A stretch of 50,687 nt of DNA from Candidatus Oleihabitans oleiphilus. Lineage in GTDB: Bacteria; Atribacterota; Phoenicimicrobiia; Phoenicimicrobiales; Stramentimicrobiaceae. Positions 19,958-29,476 of the stretch are shown piece by piece. The stretch spans positions 1 to 50,687 of the forward strand of contig JAGPKD010000003.1 in NCBI GenBank assembly GCA_018054125.1, in the 5' to 3' direction. How positions within the stretch are numbered: position 1 is the first letter of the stretch; each line of letters begins with the position of its first letter. The translations under genes were made by a program, and so were the position numbers. The notes beneath the pieces were generated by a model, which worked only from the letters and a program-made list of their open reading frames with translations, searched no databases and was not told the DNA's origin.

Positions 19958-20093
19958 TATTTATTCCAACATTTTATTAAAATCGCGATACTAGATAGAT
20001 ACTATTAAATTGAAAAATTAATTTATATAATTTATATACTTTATATAGGCAACATATTATATCCAATTTATAAAAATCTTGCAACTGTGAACA

Positions 20094-20298
20094 TTCAAGG
20101 GGAATCCTCCCCCTTGATAACCCTTGTAATAAGAGCAAGGTAATAATTTATTCACCCTCCCCTCTCCCTTCTAAGGGAGAGGGTAATAAAGCTATTCTCT
20201 AAAAAATTTTGTAAATAGCTTCAATATATTACTATATAATAAAGGATAAAGATTTTTAAGAGTATCAGAATTCCTTTGAAATTCTAATATTATAAAAT
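20094..20298. repeat. Intergenic mosaic repeat array 4 (A, D, degenerate B)
   Basis: Modules by position: A ttcaaggggaatcctcccccttgataaccc 20094-20126; D caccctcccctctcccttctaagggagagggt 20153-20186; B-like agtatcagaattcctttgaaattctaatatt 20258-20298. Confidence 0.8.
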
Positions 20299-20300
20299 AT

Positions 20301-20334
20301 AAAAAAAAGATCCAGCTTTTGAAAATCTGGATCT
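20301..20334 (-). terminator. Rho-independent terminator of rpsU
   Basis: On the minus strand, agatccag (20334-20327) pairs with ctggatct (20315-20308), followed by an 8-nt U run (the A8 tract at 20301-20308 on the plus strand). Confidence 0.75.
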
Positions 20335-20390
20335 TTCATCTTAATTAATAAAGAAACCTTAAATGTTTTTCAAGGTAAATTTTTTCAGAC

Positions 20391-20579
20391 TTAAATTCTG
20401 CCTCTCCTTTTCTTTTTTCTTTGTGCTGCAATCAATTTTCTCTTTCTTCTTTCACTCGGTTTCTCATAATATTCATGTTTTTTAATGTCAGATATAATTC
20501 CACTCTTCTGACATTCTTTTTTAAAACGCCTTAACGCGTGGTCAAATTCTTCATCTTCTCTAACTCTTATTGTTGTCAT
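20391..20579 (-). CDS. rpsU: 30S ribosomal protein S21
   Basis: The conserved S21 sequence is MTTIRVREDEEFDHALRRFKK...KKKRRG. I take the internal ATG at 20579 because it is preceded by aaggaggtgaggg. The longer ORF-track start at 20606 adds 9 non-conserved residues. Confidence 0.9.
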   Translation of the reverse strand: MTTIRVREDEEFDHALRRFKKECQKSGIISDIKKHEYYEKPSERRKRKLIAAQRKKKRRGRI

Positions 20580-20660
20580 GCCCTCACCTCCTTTGCTGAA
20601 ATGCATTTTAGGGTAATCATTTATCTCCCTTAAAACATATTCTTAATTAAGAAAGAATAT

Positions 20661-20710
20661 ATCTTATAGTATCGAATTTCTTTTTTTAGAATTCTGATAC
20701 TATAAGATAC
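20661..20710. repeat. Isolated B-module palindrome between divergent rpsU and the PPIase gene
   Basis: The sequence is atcttatagtatcgaatttctttttttagaattctgatactataagat, with arms of 15-18 bp. Confidence 0.75.
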
Positions 20711-20916
20711 AGAATAAACTATTTTAAATTATATTATATTATCAGAAAAGTTTCAAGGAAATACTGTGAGTTTTTTCCAGGTGATATTATGTAATTTATT
20801 TATTTTTCTTCATAAATGTTTTGCTTTACTTAATTTATTAATTATGTTAAACTCTTGTAAAAATCTAAATAATACTTTAATTTATAAAAATAATTATTGG
20901 AAAGGAGAAATAACTA

Positions 20917-21792
20917 TTGAAAATAAATTCTAAAATATTTTCCTTTTTTTTGGTAGTTTTATATTTTTCTATGTTATTTTTTTCAGCTGTCGTTTTTGCT
21001 CAGGAAATAAGTCCAGAAGAAGGCGATAAAAATATCTTAGCTACTGTTAATGACCAGAATATTACCTTAGCGGATTTTGAACTATATTGGAATGCCATTC
21101 CGGAACAATATAAAATGCAATTAACTAAAGAAGATTTATTAGAACAAATCATCCTGCAAACATTATTAATTCAAAAAGCCGATGAAATCAATTTAAGAGA
21201 AGATCCTCAGGTGGCCTTTCAAATTAAAAATACCACCGAACAAATTCTAATTCAATCTTTAATAGAAAAAGAAATTATCGAAAAGACGTTATTAAGTGAT
21301 GATGACATTGAGTTATATTATGAAGAAAATAAAGAAAACTATTGGAAAGAAGAAGAAATTCATGCTTTTGATATTTTAATTGAAACCAGAGAACAGGCTG
21401 AAGAAGTTCGTCAAAAATTAGAGGAAGGTATGGATTTTTCTATTTTAGCACAAGAATCATCTATTGCTTCTAGCGCTGCTCAGGGTGGAGATATTGGTTT
21501 TATCAGCAAAGGTACTCTAACTGCTGAAATTGAGGAGCAATTATTTTTGTTAAATCCTGGTGACATTAGTGACATTATCCCAACTGAGAAAGGATTTCAT
21601 ATTTTTAAAGTAATAGAAAAAAATCCGGCACACTACTTAGCATTGGAAGAGGTTAAAGAAGAAATAAAATACCAATTACTTCCTCAAAAGCAGCAACAAG
21701 CTTTTGATCAATATTTAAAAGAAATTGAAGAGCAAGCAATAATTGAAAAAAATTTGGAATTATTGAAAGAAAGCAATAATTCGTCAGAATAA
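20917..21792 (+). CDS. Secreted or lipid-anchored PpiC/parvulin-type peptidyl-prolyl isomerase (PrsA/SurA-like)
   Basis: 291 aa with a TTG start behind ggaaaggag and a signal peptide. The parvulin domain is FDILIETREQAE...GGDIGFISKG...GFHIFKVIEK. Confidence 0.82.
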   Translation: MKINSKIFSFFLVVLYFSMLFFSAVVFAQEISPEEGDKNILATVNDQNITLADFELYWNAIPEQYKMQLTKEDLLEQIILQTLLIQKADEINLREDPQVAFQIKNTTEQILIQSLIEKEIIEKTLLSDDDIELYYEENKENYWKEEEIHAFDILIETREQAEEVRQKLEEGMDFSILAQESSIASSAAQGGDIGFISKGTLTAEIEEQLFLLNPGDISDIIPTEKGFHIFKVIEKNPAHYLALEEVKEEIKYQLLPQKQQQAFDQYLKEIEEQAIIEKNLELLKESNNSSE

Positions 21793-21887
21793 TTATTTAG
21801 AAAGATTTAGCTAACAACATAGCAAAGAAAATTAAATTAAAATTTAAGAGTAATAAGATAAGAATAGTAGAAGAGTATAATAAGATT

Positions 21888-21959
21888 TATTCATCCTCTC
21901 CCCTACTTCTTGCTTCGAGTAAGAGGCAAAGGAAAGGATGAATATTTTTTTCTTTTTTT
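21888..21959 (+). terminator. Terminator hairpin between convergent PPIase and aminotransferase genes
   Basis: An imperfect long hairpin, attcatcctctcccc...ggaaaggatgaat (21888-21943), is followed by tattttttttcttttttt. Confidence 0.6.
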
Positions 21960-21972
21960 AAAAATCTTATTA

Positions 21973-23166
21973 TTAATTGAATAATCTTTTTAATCTATTC
22001 ATGCCTTCTTCGATTTCAGAGATAGAAGTGGCATAAGATAATCTCAAATATCCTTCAGCCTCAAATGCGCTACCAGGAACCACGGCTACTTCCGCCTTAT
22101 TTAAGATATAGTCAGCCAATTGCAGGGAAGTCTTAATCTCTTCTCCATCAAAAATAATACCAGCATCTAAAAGATTAGTAACATCAGGAAAAGCATAAAA
22201 AGCTCCTTTTGGTAAATCACATTGAAAGCCCTTAATTTCATTAAGCTGAGCAACCATAAATTTTCTTCTTTTATCAAATTCATCATGCATTTTAGTAATC
22301 GAACTCTGATCACCAGTTAAAGCTTCGACACTAGCCTTTTGAGCAATGGAATTGGCATTTGAGGTGCAATGACCTTGAAATTTACCCATTCCGGAAATAA
22401 TCTCTTCAGCACCAGCAGCATAGCCTATTCTCCAACCAGTCATAGCATAGGATTTGGAAACACCATTGACTAAAATTACTCTTTTTTTAATCTCCGGACC
22501 CAGAGAAGCTATGGAAATATGTTTTACACCATCGTAAACCAGTTTTTCATAAATTTCATCACTCAGGCAATAAATATCTTTCTGAACAAGTAGCTTTGCA
22601 ATTTTTTCTAATTCTGCTGGGTCATAAACAGAGCCAGTAGGATTATTTGGGCTATTTAACAATAATAATTTTGTTTTATCAGTAATATATTTTTCCAATT
22701 GTCTGGCAGTTAGTTGAAATTGTTCTTTTTGAGAAGTGGGAATGAAGACTGGTTTTGCCTGGGCTAATTTTATCTGTTCTGTATAACTTACCCAGCATGG
22801 TGTAGGTAATAATACTTCATCTCCTGGATTGCAAAGTGTCATTAGGGCATTGTAAAGAGAGTGCTTTGCCCCATTTGAAATAAGAATCTCATTTATCTTA
22901 TATTCTATACCGTTATCTTTTTTTAATTTTTCTGTTACTGCCTGTTTGAGTTCCTGAATACCTGAATTAGTAGTATAGTGAGTAAAGCCTTCTTTAATAG
23001 CCTTAATGGCTTCTTCTCGAATGTTATCAGGCGTATCAAAATCTGGTTCTCCTGCTCCAAAACTTATAATATTCTTTCCTTCTGCTTTCATCTTTAAAAC
23101 CTGGGCAGTAATAGCTAAGGTCTGAGAAGGTGCTATATTTTGTATACGTTCTGCCAATATATTCAT
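21973..23166 (-). CDS. Class I PLP-dependent aspartate aminotransferase
   Basis: 397 aa with the motifs FGAGEPDFDTP, NSPNNPTGSVY and SKSYAMTGWRIGY (PLP lysine). Confidence 0.9.
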   Translation of the reverse strand: MNILAERIQNIAPSQTLAITAQVLKMKAEGKNIISFGAGEPDFDTPDNIREEAIKAIKEGFTHYTTNSGIQELKQAVTEKLKKDNGIEYKINEILISNGAKHSLYNALMTLCNPGDEVLLPTPCWVSYTEQIKLAQAKPVFIPTSQKEQFQLTARQLEKYITDKTKLLLLNSPNNPTGSVYDPAELEKIAKLLVQKDIYCLSDEIYEKLVYDGVKHISIASLGPEIKKRVILVNGVSKSYAMTGWRIGYAAGAEEIISGMGKFQGHCTSNANSIAQKASVEALTGDQSSITKMHDEFDKRRKFMVAQLNEIKGFQCDLPKGAFYAFPDVTNLLDAGIIFDGEEIKTSLQLADYILNKAEVAVVPGSAFEAEGYLRLSYATSISEIEEGMNRLKRLFN

Positions 23167-23207
23167 AAAACAAGAATACCTTTCTATTTATCTATTTACA
23201 AATATCA

Positions 23208-24116
23208 TTATACAAAATCTAACCAATCAAGATATTTTTTTTCTTTACCAGTAAATACCTTAAACAATTTATCCTGAATTTCTTTACTAATTGGTCCTCT
23301 TTCACCTGAACCAATAGTATAATGGTCAATTTCTCTAATAGGTGTCAACTCTGCTGCTGTACCCGCAAAAAAAGCCTCATCGGCAGTATATAAAACATCA
23401 CGAGCTACAAACTCTTCTCTAATTTCATAACCCATATCTTGAGCAATAGTAATTACTGTTTTTCTAGTAATTCCGTCTAATACCGCAGTTAAGGGAGGGG
23501 TATAAATAATGCCCTCTTTTACCCAAAAAATGTTTTCTCCAGGTCCTTCTGCAACATAACCATTACTATCTAATAATATAGCTTCTTCTACACCAAATTC
23601 GATAGCCTCCATACTAGCGAAAACTGAATTTATATAGTTGGCACATATCTTTGCTTTGGCAGAAGTAGAATTGATGTGGCTACGTTGCCAGGAAGATATC
23701 ATAGCACTGATACCTTTGCTTAAGGCCTCCTCACCTAAATAAGCTCCCCACTCCCAAGCAGCAATCATGACTTGTACCGGACAACTAAAGGGATTTATGC
23801 CCAGTTTTTTATAACCACGATATACTAATGGTCGTATATAACAACTATCTAAATGATTAATTTTTACTGTTTCTTTAATTGCTTTAGAAATCTCTTCTTT
23901 AGAAAAAGGAAGTTCTAACCTCAATATTTTTGCAGAATTAAACAATCTTTCTACATGTTCTTTTAATCTAAATACCGCTGTTCCCTCATCAGTTTTATAA
24001 GCTCGTATCCCTTCAAAAACACCACTGCCATAATGCAAAGCATGTGTTAGGACATGTATCTTGGCATCATCCCAAGCTACAAATTTACCATCCATCCATA
24101 TTTTTTCTGTCTTCAT
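23208..24116 (-). CDS. ilvE: Branched-chain amino acid aminotransferase
   Basis: 302 aa class IV aminotransferase with HALHYGSGVFEGIRAY and EGPGENIF. Confidence 0.92.
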   Translation of the reverse strand: MKTEKIWMDGKFVAWDDAKIHVLTHALHYGSGVFEGIRAYKTDEGTAVFRLKEHVERLFNSAKILRLELPFSKEEISKAIKETVKINHLDSCYIRPLVYRGYKKLGINPFSCPVQVMIAAWEWGAYLGEEALSKGISAMISSWQRSHINSTSAKAKICANYINSVFASMEAIEFGVEEAILLDSNGYVAEGPGENIFWVKEGIIYTPPLTAVLDGITRKTVITIAQDMGYEIREEFVARDVLYTADEAFFAGTAAELTPIREIDHYTIGSGERGPISKEIQDKLFKVFTGKEKKYLDWLDFV

Positions 24117-24185
24117 ATTTCTATTACCTCCAAAAATTTTTTTTATATTTTTTTTAAATAAATGTAAAAAGAATAGTATCTTTCT

Positions 24186-25481
24186 TCATTTTTCATATAA
24201 TCTCTGGTAAATATAATCAATATTCCTGATAAAATAATTATAATCGAAACAGGAAATTATTTGCTCTCTGGTTAAATATTTATTAATTTCTTGATGTTTT
24301 AATATCATCTCTTTAAAGTCATTTTCATTTTCCCAGGATTTAAGAGCAATATCCTGGACTAATTGATAGGCCTTTTCCCGGGGAACCCCTTTCTTGGTAA
24401 GCTCTATCATTACTCGTTGAGAAAAAATAAGGCCTCTGGTAATTTCTAAATTATTTTTCATTCTTTCTTGCTTAACTTTTAAGTTAGCTAATACCCCAAT
24501 AAATTTATGTAACATATAATCCAAAAGTATGGTGCTATCAGGCAAAATAATTCTTTCTACCGAGGAATTAGAAATATCACGTTCATGCCATAGGTTGTTA
24601 TTTTCTAAAGCAGATACGGCGTATCCCCTGAGAACCCTTGATAAACCGCATATTCTTTCGCATATAACAGGATTTTTTTTATGAGGCATAGCAGAAGAAC
24701 CTTTTTGATTAGAAGAGAAACCTTCTTCTAATTCTAAAATCTCAGTCCTTTGCAAACTCCTAATTTCAGTGGCAAATTTTTCTAATGAGGAAGCAATAAC
24801 CGCTAAGATACATAGAAAATAGGCATGATGATCCCTTTGAATAATCTGACTAGATATTTTTTCTGGTTTCAGCCCCAGTTTTTTACATACCATTTCTTCA
24901 ATTTGTGGTTCCAGATGAGCAAAGGTACCAACTGCTCCAGATATTTTCCCATAACTTACCTCTTCTTTGGCTGTTTTCATTCTTTTGAGATTTCTCATCA
25001 TTTCGGAATACCATAGACTAAATTTAAATCCCAAGGTAATTGGTTCTGCATGGACACCATGAGTACGGCCAATCATAATGGTATCTTTATGCTGGAAGGC
25101 CAACTCCCTTAATATGTTTATAACTTCATTAATATCTTTAATAATAATACTGGACGACTTCTTTAGGATAAGGGCTAAAGAAGTATCTAAAATATCAGAA
25201 GAGGTTAATCCCTGATGAAAATAGCGAGAATATTCGCCCAAATTTTCTCCAACATTACTAACAAAAGCTAATACATCATGTTTCATTACTTTTTCTAATT
25301 CATTTATTCTATCAATGGAATAAGTGGACTTTTTTTTGATTATATTAAAAGTGTCTTCCTCTAAAATTCCTAACTCTTTACGAGCCTCACAAACTGCTAA
25401 TTCTACTTTTAACCAGGAATCATATTTCTGATTTTCTTCCCATAGTGATTTCATTGGCTCTAAAGAATATCGATCAATCAA
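24186..25481 (-). CDS. purB: Adenylosuccinate lyase
   Basis: 431 aa with a TTG start behind ggagag. It has the fumarate-lyase signature GSSAMPHKKNP and an N-terminus RYSLEPMKSLW typical of PurB. Confidence 0.95.
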   Translation of the reverse strand: MIDRYSLEPMKSLWEENQKYDSWLKVELAVCEARKELGILEEDTFNIIKKKSTYSIDRINELEKVMKHDVLAFVSNVGENLGEYSRYFHQGLTSSDILDTSLALILKKSSSIIIKDINEVINILRELAFQHKDTIMIGRTHGVHAEPITLGFKFSLWYSEMMRNLKRMKTAKEEVSYGKISGAVGTFAHLEPQIEEMVCKKLGLKPEKISSQIIQRDHHAYFLCILAVIASSLEKFATEIRSLQRTEILELEEGFSSNQKGSSAMPHKKNPVICERICGLSRVLRGYAVSALENNNLWHERDISNSSVERIILPDSTILLDYMLHKFIGVLANLKVKQERMKNNLEITRGLIFSQRVMIELTKKGVPREKAYQLVQDIALKSWENENDFKEMILKHQEINKYLTREQIISCFDYNYFIRNIDYIYQRLYEK

Positions 25482-25575
25482 TTTTTCTCTCCATTACTAT
25501 TATCTTGTGCTATTATCTTGGCAAAACTTTTATCTATAATTATATATTAGTTTATTTAAATCTTAAAAACAATAT

Positions 25576-26889
<1,314 letters not shown>

Positions 26890-26909
26890 TTATTCTTCTG
26901 TCTACTAAT

Positions 26910-28466
26910 CTATTCCCATTCAATGGTAGCAGGTGGTTTTGAGCTAATATCATAAAGAACACGATTAATACCATTGACTTGATTAATAATACGATTAGAA
27001 ATATTTTCTAAAATATGATAAGGTAATTTAGCCCAATCGGCAGTCATACCATCATAACTGGTAACAATTCTCAAAACCAGACTATAATCATAGGTTCTCA
27101 AATCACCCATTACTCCCACTGATTTTATGGGAAGTAGAATTCCAAAGTATTGCCATAAACTCTTGTTTAAACCAACCTTCTTAATTTCTTGTTGTATTAT
27201 ATCATCAGCTTCTCTTAAGATGGATAATTTTCCCTGGTCAACTTCACCAATTATCCGTATAGCTAAACCGGGACCAGGGAAAGGCTGCCTCTCTATAATA
27301 TTTTCAGGTATACCAAGACTCTTACCAATAATTCGAACCTCATCTTTAAACAGATTCCTTAATGGTTCTAAAAGTTTTAACTCCATTTGCTCTGGGAGCC
27401 CACCCACGTTATGATGAGATTTTATCTTTACTGATGGACCATGAACCGAAGTACTTTCAATAACATCGGGATAAAGCGTTCCTTGCAGTAGATGGGTAAC
27501 TTTGCCTATTCCCTTAGCCTTTTCCTCAAATATTTTTATAAAAAGATTCCCAATTATTTTTCTCTTCTCCTCCGGGTCAACAATCCCTCTTAGGGCCTTA
27601 AGAAAATCTGAGGAGTAATCATAAGTATGTAAATTAATGTTGAAATTTTTTTGAAAAACTTCTCTAATTTCTTCTTCCTCGTTTTTTCTCAATAAACCTG
27701 TATTAATAAAGATACAATGCAGTTGATCTCCTATAGCTTTGTAAGTTAAAAGAGCAGCAACTAAAGAATCAATGCCCCCACTTACCCCTGCTACTACCTT
27801 ACCATCGCCAACTTCTTGTTTTATATTATTAATAGTTTCTTCAATAAAAATGTTTTCAGTCCATTTTGCGGAACAATTACAGATACGATAGACAAAATTA
27901 TAAAAAATATTTTTTCCAGCTTCAGTATGGGTCACTTCCGGATGAAATTGTAGTCCATACAATTTTCTATTTTCATCATATATAGCCGCAATTAATCCTT
28001 CCTGGCTGACTGCAGCTATATCAAATCCAGCTGGTATTTGTTCAATAATATCATGGTGGCTCATCCAAGTCTTTATCTCATCTGGTAAGTCATAAAATAA
28101 ATTATTTTTACTTTTTTTAATAATATTGACTTTAGTGTTACCGAATTCAGCCTTTTTACTGCTAGTTACCTTACCTCCCATCATTTTAACAATCAACTGC
28201 ATACCATAACATATTCCTAAAATAGGAATCTTTAAGGAAAAAAGGTCTTTATTAATAATAGGTGCTTCTGCACTTAAAACGCTATCTGGCCCTCCGGACA
28301 AAATAATTCCTTTTGGTTTTTTTTGTGCTAATTTAGGCAATTCAACATTATAGGGGAAAATTTCAGAATATACCTTTAATTCCCTTATCCTTCTGGCAAT
28401 TAATTGGGTATATTGAGAGCCAAAATCTAAAATAGCAATCCAATCATTAGTAATATTTTTTGACAT
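26910..28466 (-). CDS. guaA: GMP synthase (glutamine-hydrolysing)
   Basis: Homology begins at MSKNITNDWIAILDFGSQYTQ (ATG at 28466). The ORF-track start at 28517 adds 17 hydrophobic non-conserved residues. Conserved elements are GATase CYGMQ, the PP-loop SGGIDS, and the C-terminal PPATIEWE. Confidence 0.95.
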   Translation of the reverse strand: MSKNITNDWIAILDFGSQYTQLIARRIRELKVYSEIFPYNVELPKLAQKKPKGIILSGGPDSVLSAEAPIINKDLFSLKIPILGICYGMQLIVKMMGGKVTSSKKAEFGNTKVNIIKKSKNNLFYDLPDEIKTWMSHHDIIEQIPAGFDIAAVSQEGLIAAIYDENRKLYGLQFHPEVTHTEAGKNIFYNFVYRICNCSAKWTENIFIEETINNIKQEVGDGKVVAGVSGGIDSLVAALLTYKAIGDQLHCIFINTGLLRKNEEEEIREVFQKNFNINLHTYDYSSDFLKALRGIVDPEEKRKIIGNLFIKIFEEKAKGIGKVTHLLQGTLYPDVIESTSVHGPSVKIKSHHNVGGLPEQMELKLLEPLRNLFKDEVRIIGKSLGIPENIIERQPFPGPGLAIRIIGEVDQGKLSILREADDIIQQEIKKVGLNKSLWQYFGILLPIKSVGVMGDLRTYDYSLVLRIVTSYDGMTADWAKLPYHILENISNRIINQVNGINRVLYDISSKPPATIEWE

Positions 28467-28588
28467 TTCCACAGCTTTTCCCACAATTGAAATCAAAATT
28501 AAAAAATTAATTTGCAATTGATTTATTTCTAATATAAAATAATATGGTATAATGATAATGTGAATATGATAATATTAAAACTTTAACC

Positions 28589-28617
28589 ATTATAGCATAG
28601 ATACTAATTTTAGACAC
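28589..28617 (-). promoter_or_regulatory. Candidate extended -10 promoter (TGcTATAAT) for the guaA-purA-purB-ilvE-aminotransferase operon
   Basis: On the minus strand, tgctataat lies at 28597-28589, with a weak -35 (gtgtct) at 17 nt spacing. The same TGcTATAAT motif is seen upstream of the glmS ribozyme. Confidence 0.35.
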
Positions 28618-28621
28618 AATT

Positions 28622-28906
28622 TTTTATAGTACCGTAATTTTAAAAATTTCGATACTATACTGTTCTTTCTTAAATTAAGGAATAATGCTTTTTACATTAC
28701 ACCATCTCTCTAATCCTCTCTTAGAAGGGAGAGGTAAGGTGAGGGTGATAAATAGTTATCAGTTGGCAATTAACTGTTTTCAGATAAAAGATGCGGGTAT
28801 AAGTGGATGAGATTGCTTCGTCGCTTCGCTCCTCGCAATGACAAAATGGTATATCGTATTACGTATAATGTATATCGTTAAAATATAGTTGCTAGTTGGA
28901 AGTTAA
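28622..28906. repeat. Intergenic mosaic repeat array 5 (degenerate B, D and C in reverse orientation, GC-rich unique segment)
   Basis: Elements by position: B-like tatagtaccgtaattttaaaaatttcgatactata 28622-28661; D reverse complement 28700-28750; GC-rich gattgcttcgtcgcttcgctcctcgcaatgac 28811-28842; C reverse complement 28838-28883. The orientation is opposite to array 3. Confidence 0.8.
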
Positions 28907-29118
28907 TTCAGGGGATCTCAAGGGGAAGAATTCCCCTTGCATATCTTGTTTGATAAAACAAGATAGTATTTTATTGAATTGTATTTTTCTTTCAGGGGTT
29001 GTCAAGGGGAAGAATTCCCCTTGCATATCTTGTTTGCAAAACAAGATAGTATTTTATTGAATTGTATTTTTCTTTCAGGGGTTGTCAAGGGGAAGAATTC
29101 CCCTTGCATATCTTGTTT
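28907..29118 (+). repeat. Tandem repeat, about 2.5 copies of an 83/84 bp unit
   Basis: Units start at 28907, 28991 and 29074 (the last truncated near 29118). Each unit contains ttcagggg, hairpin caaggggaa-gaa-ttccccttg (A module, reverse orientation), hairpin tatcttgtt-N5-aacaagata, then tagtattttattgaattgtatttttct. Copies 1 and 2 differ at only a few positions. Confidence 0.9.
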
Positions 29119-29140
29119 TATCTAAAAAGTGTATTATAAT
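29113..29140 (+). promoter_or_regulatory. Candidate promoter of the glycine riboswitch-fhs-gcv operon (TTGTTT-16-TATAAT)
   Basis: ttgttt is at 29113-29118, inside the last truncated repeat unit. tataat is at 29135-29140. The predicted start, about 7 nt later, lies just upstream of riboswitch aptamer 1. Confidence 0.4.
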
Positions 29141-29154
29141 TAATAAAATATTTA

Positions 29155-29390
29155 ATCTGGGTGAAGATTTCGGGAGAGTTTTTTCATTTTTGAAAAAACA
29201 CCGAAGGGGCAAGATGAAAAAACATCCAAACTCTCAGGTAAATGAACCGAAATTGGACAGAACTCTGGAAAGATATTTATATCACCGAAGGGGCAATTCT
29301 CTAAAGCAATTGTGGCTGCTAATATATTGCCAAAAGACTTGTTCTGAATATTTTTTAGAGAAAAATCTCTCAGGTCTAAAGACAGAGTCT
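29155..29390 (+). promoter_or_regulatory. Tandem glycine riboswitch (two aptamers)
   Basis: Aptamer 1: gggagag...caccgaaggggcaa...ctctcaggtaaa...ggacag (about 29171-29260). Aptamer 2: ctctggaaag...caccgaaggggcaa (29285-29296)...tctctcaggtctaaagacagag (to 29387). Both core motifs match the GGAGAG/CCGAAGGGGCAA/CUCAGG/GGACAG consensus. The riboswitch lies directly upstream of glycine-cleavage genes. Confidence 0.92.
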
Positions 29391-29426
29391 TATATATAAG
29401 ATATAGGATTCTGTCTATTTTTTTTA
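29380..29426 (+). terminator. Riboswitch expression-platform terminator
   Basis: The stem agacagagtc (29380-29389) / gattctgtct (29407-16) has one G-U pair plus AU extension, then T8 (29418-29425). The left arm overlaps the 3' P1 strand (cagag 29383-87) of aptamer 2. Ligand binding should therefore prevent termination (ON switch). Confidence 0.8.
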
Positions 29427-29476
29427 TTTACCTAAAATTATTAAATAACAAATAAAAATCATTTAAGGAGGAATTT

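Noticed and set aside
28467-28517. N-terminal extensions in the ORF track: guaA +17 aa; likewise glmS 46530-46574 (+15 aa) and rpsU 20580-20606 (+9 aa)
   Set aside because: Homology starts at the internal Met in each case (MSKNITNDW..., MCGIIGY with the obligatory Cys2, MTTIRVRE preceded by aaggagg). The extensions are non-conserved.
28467-28620. Purine/guanine riboswitch upstream of guaA-purA-purB
   Set aside because: I looked for the conserved tataat..ggatatggc..ctaccggg..ccgtaaat core on the minus strand and did not find it. The leader is simple AT-rich sequence with only a promoter-like TGcTATAAT.
28907-29118. Possible CRISPR array (regular repeats). The same idea applies to the two C modules separated by 78 bp at 10468-10628.
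   Set aside because: The 83/84 bp units are directly abutting with no unique spacers. The C-C pair has only two repeats and an oversized spacer that itself contains a 13 bp tandem duplication. There are no cas genes in the window.
29082-29399. 105 aa plus-strand ORF (MSRGRIPLAYLVLSKK...) in the guaA/fhs intergenic region
   Set aside because: It spans the last tandem-repeat unit, the candidate promoter and both glycine-riboswitch aptamers. It has no SD sequence, and its composition is basic and low-complexity. The conserved CCGAAGGGGCAA motifs explain the sequence better than coding does.
28518-29476. Replication origin at the minus-to-plus strand switch
   Set aside because: There is no cluster of DnaA boxes (ttatccaca/tgtggataa) and no dnaA/dnaN nearby. 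The strand switches back at 38.6 kb, so this is a local plus-strand block rather than a replichore boundary.
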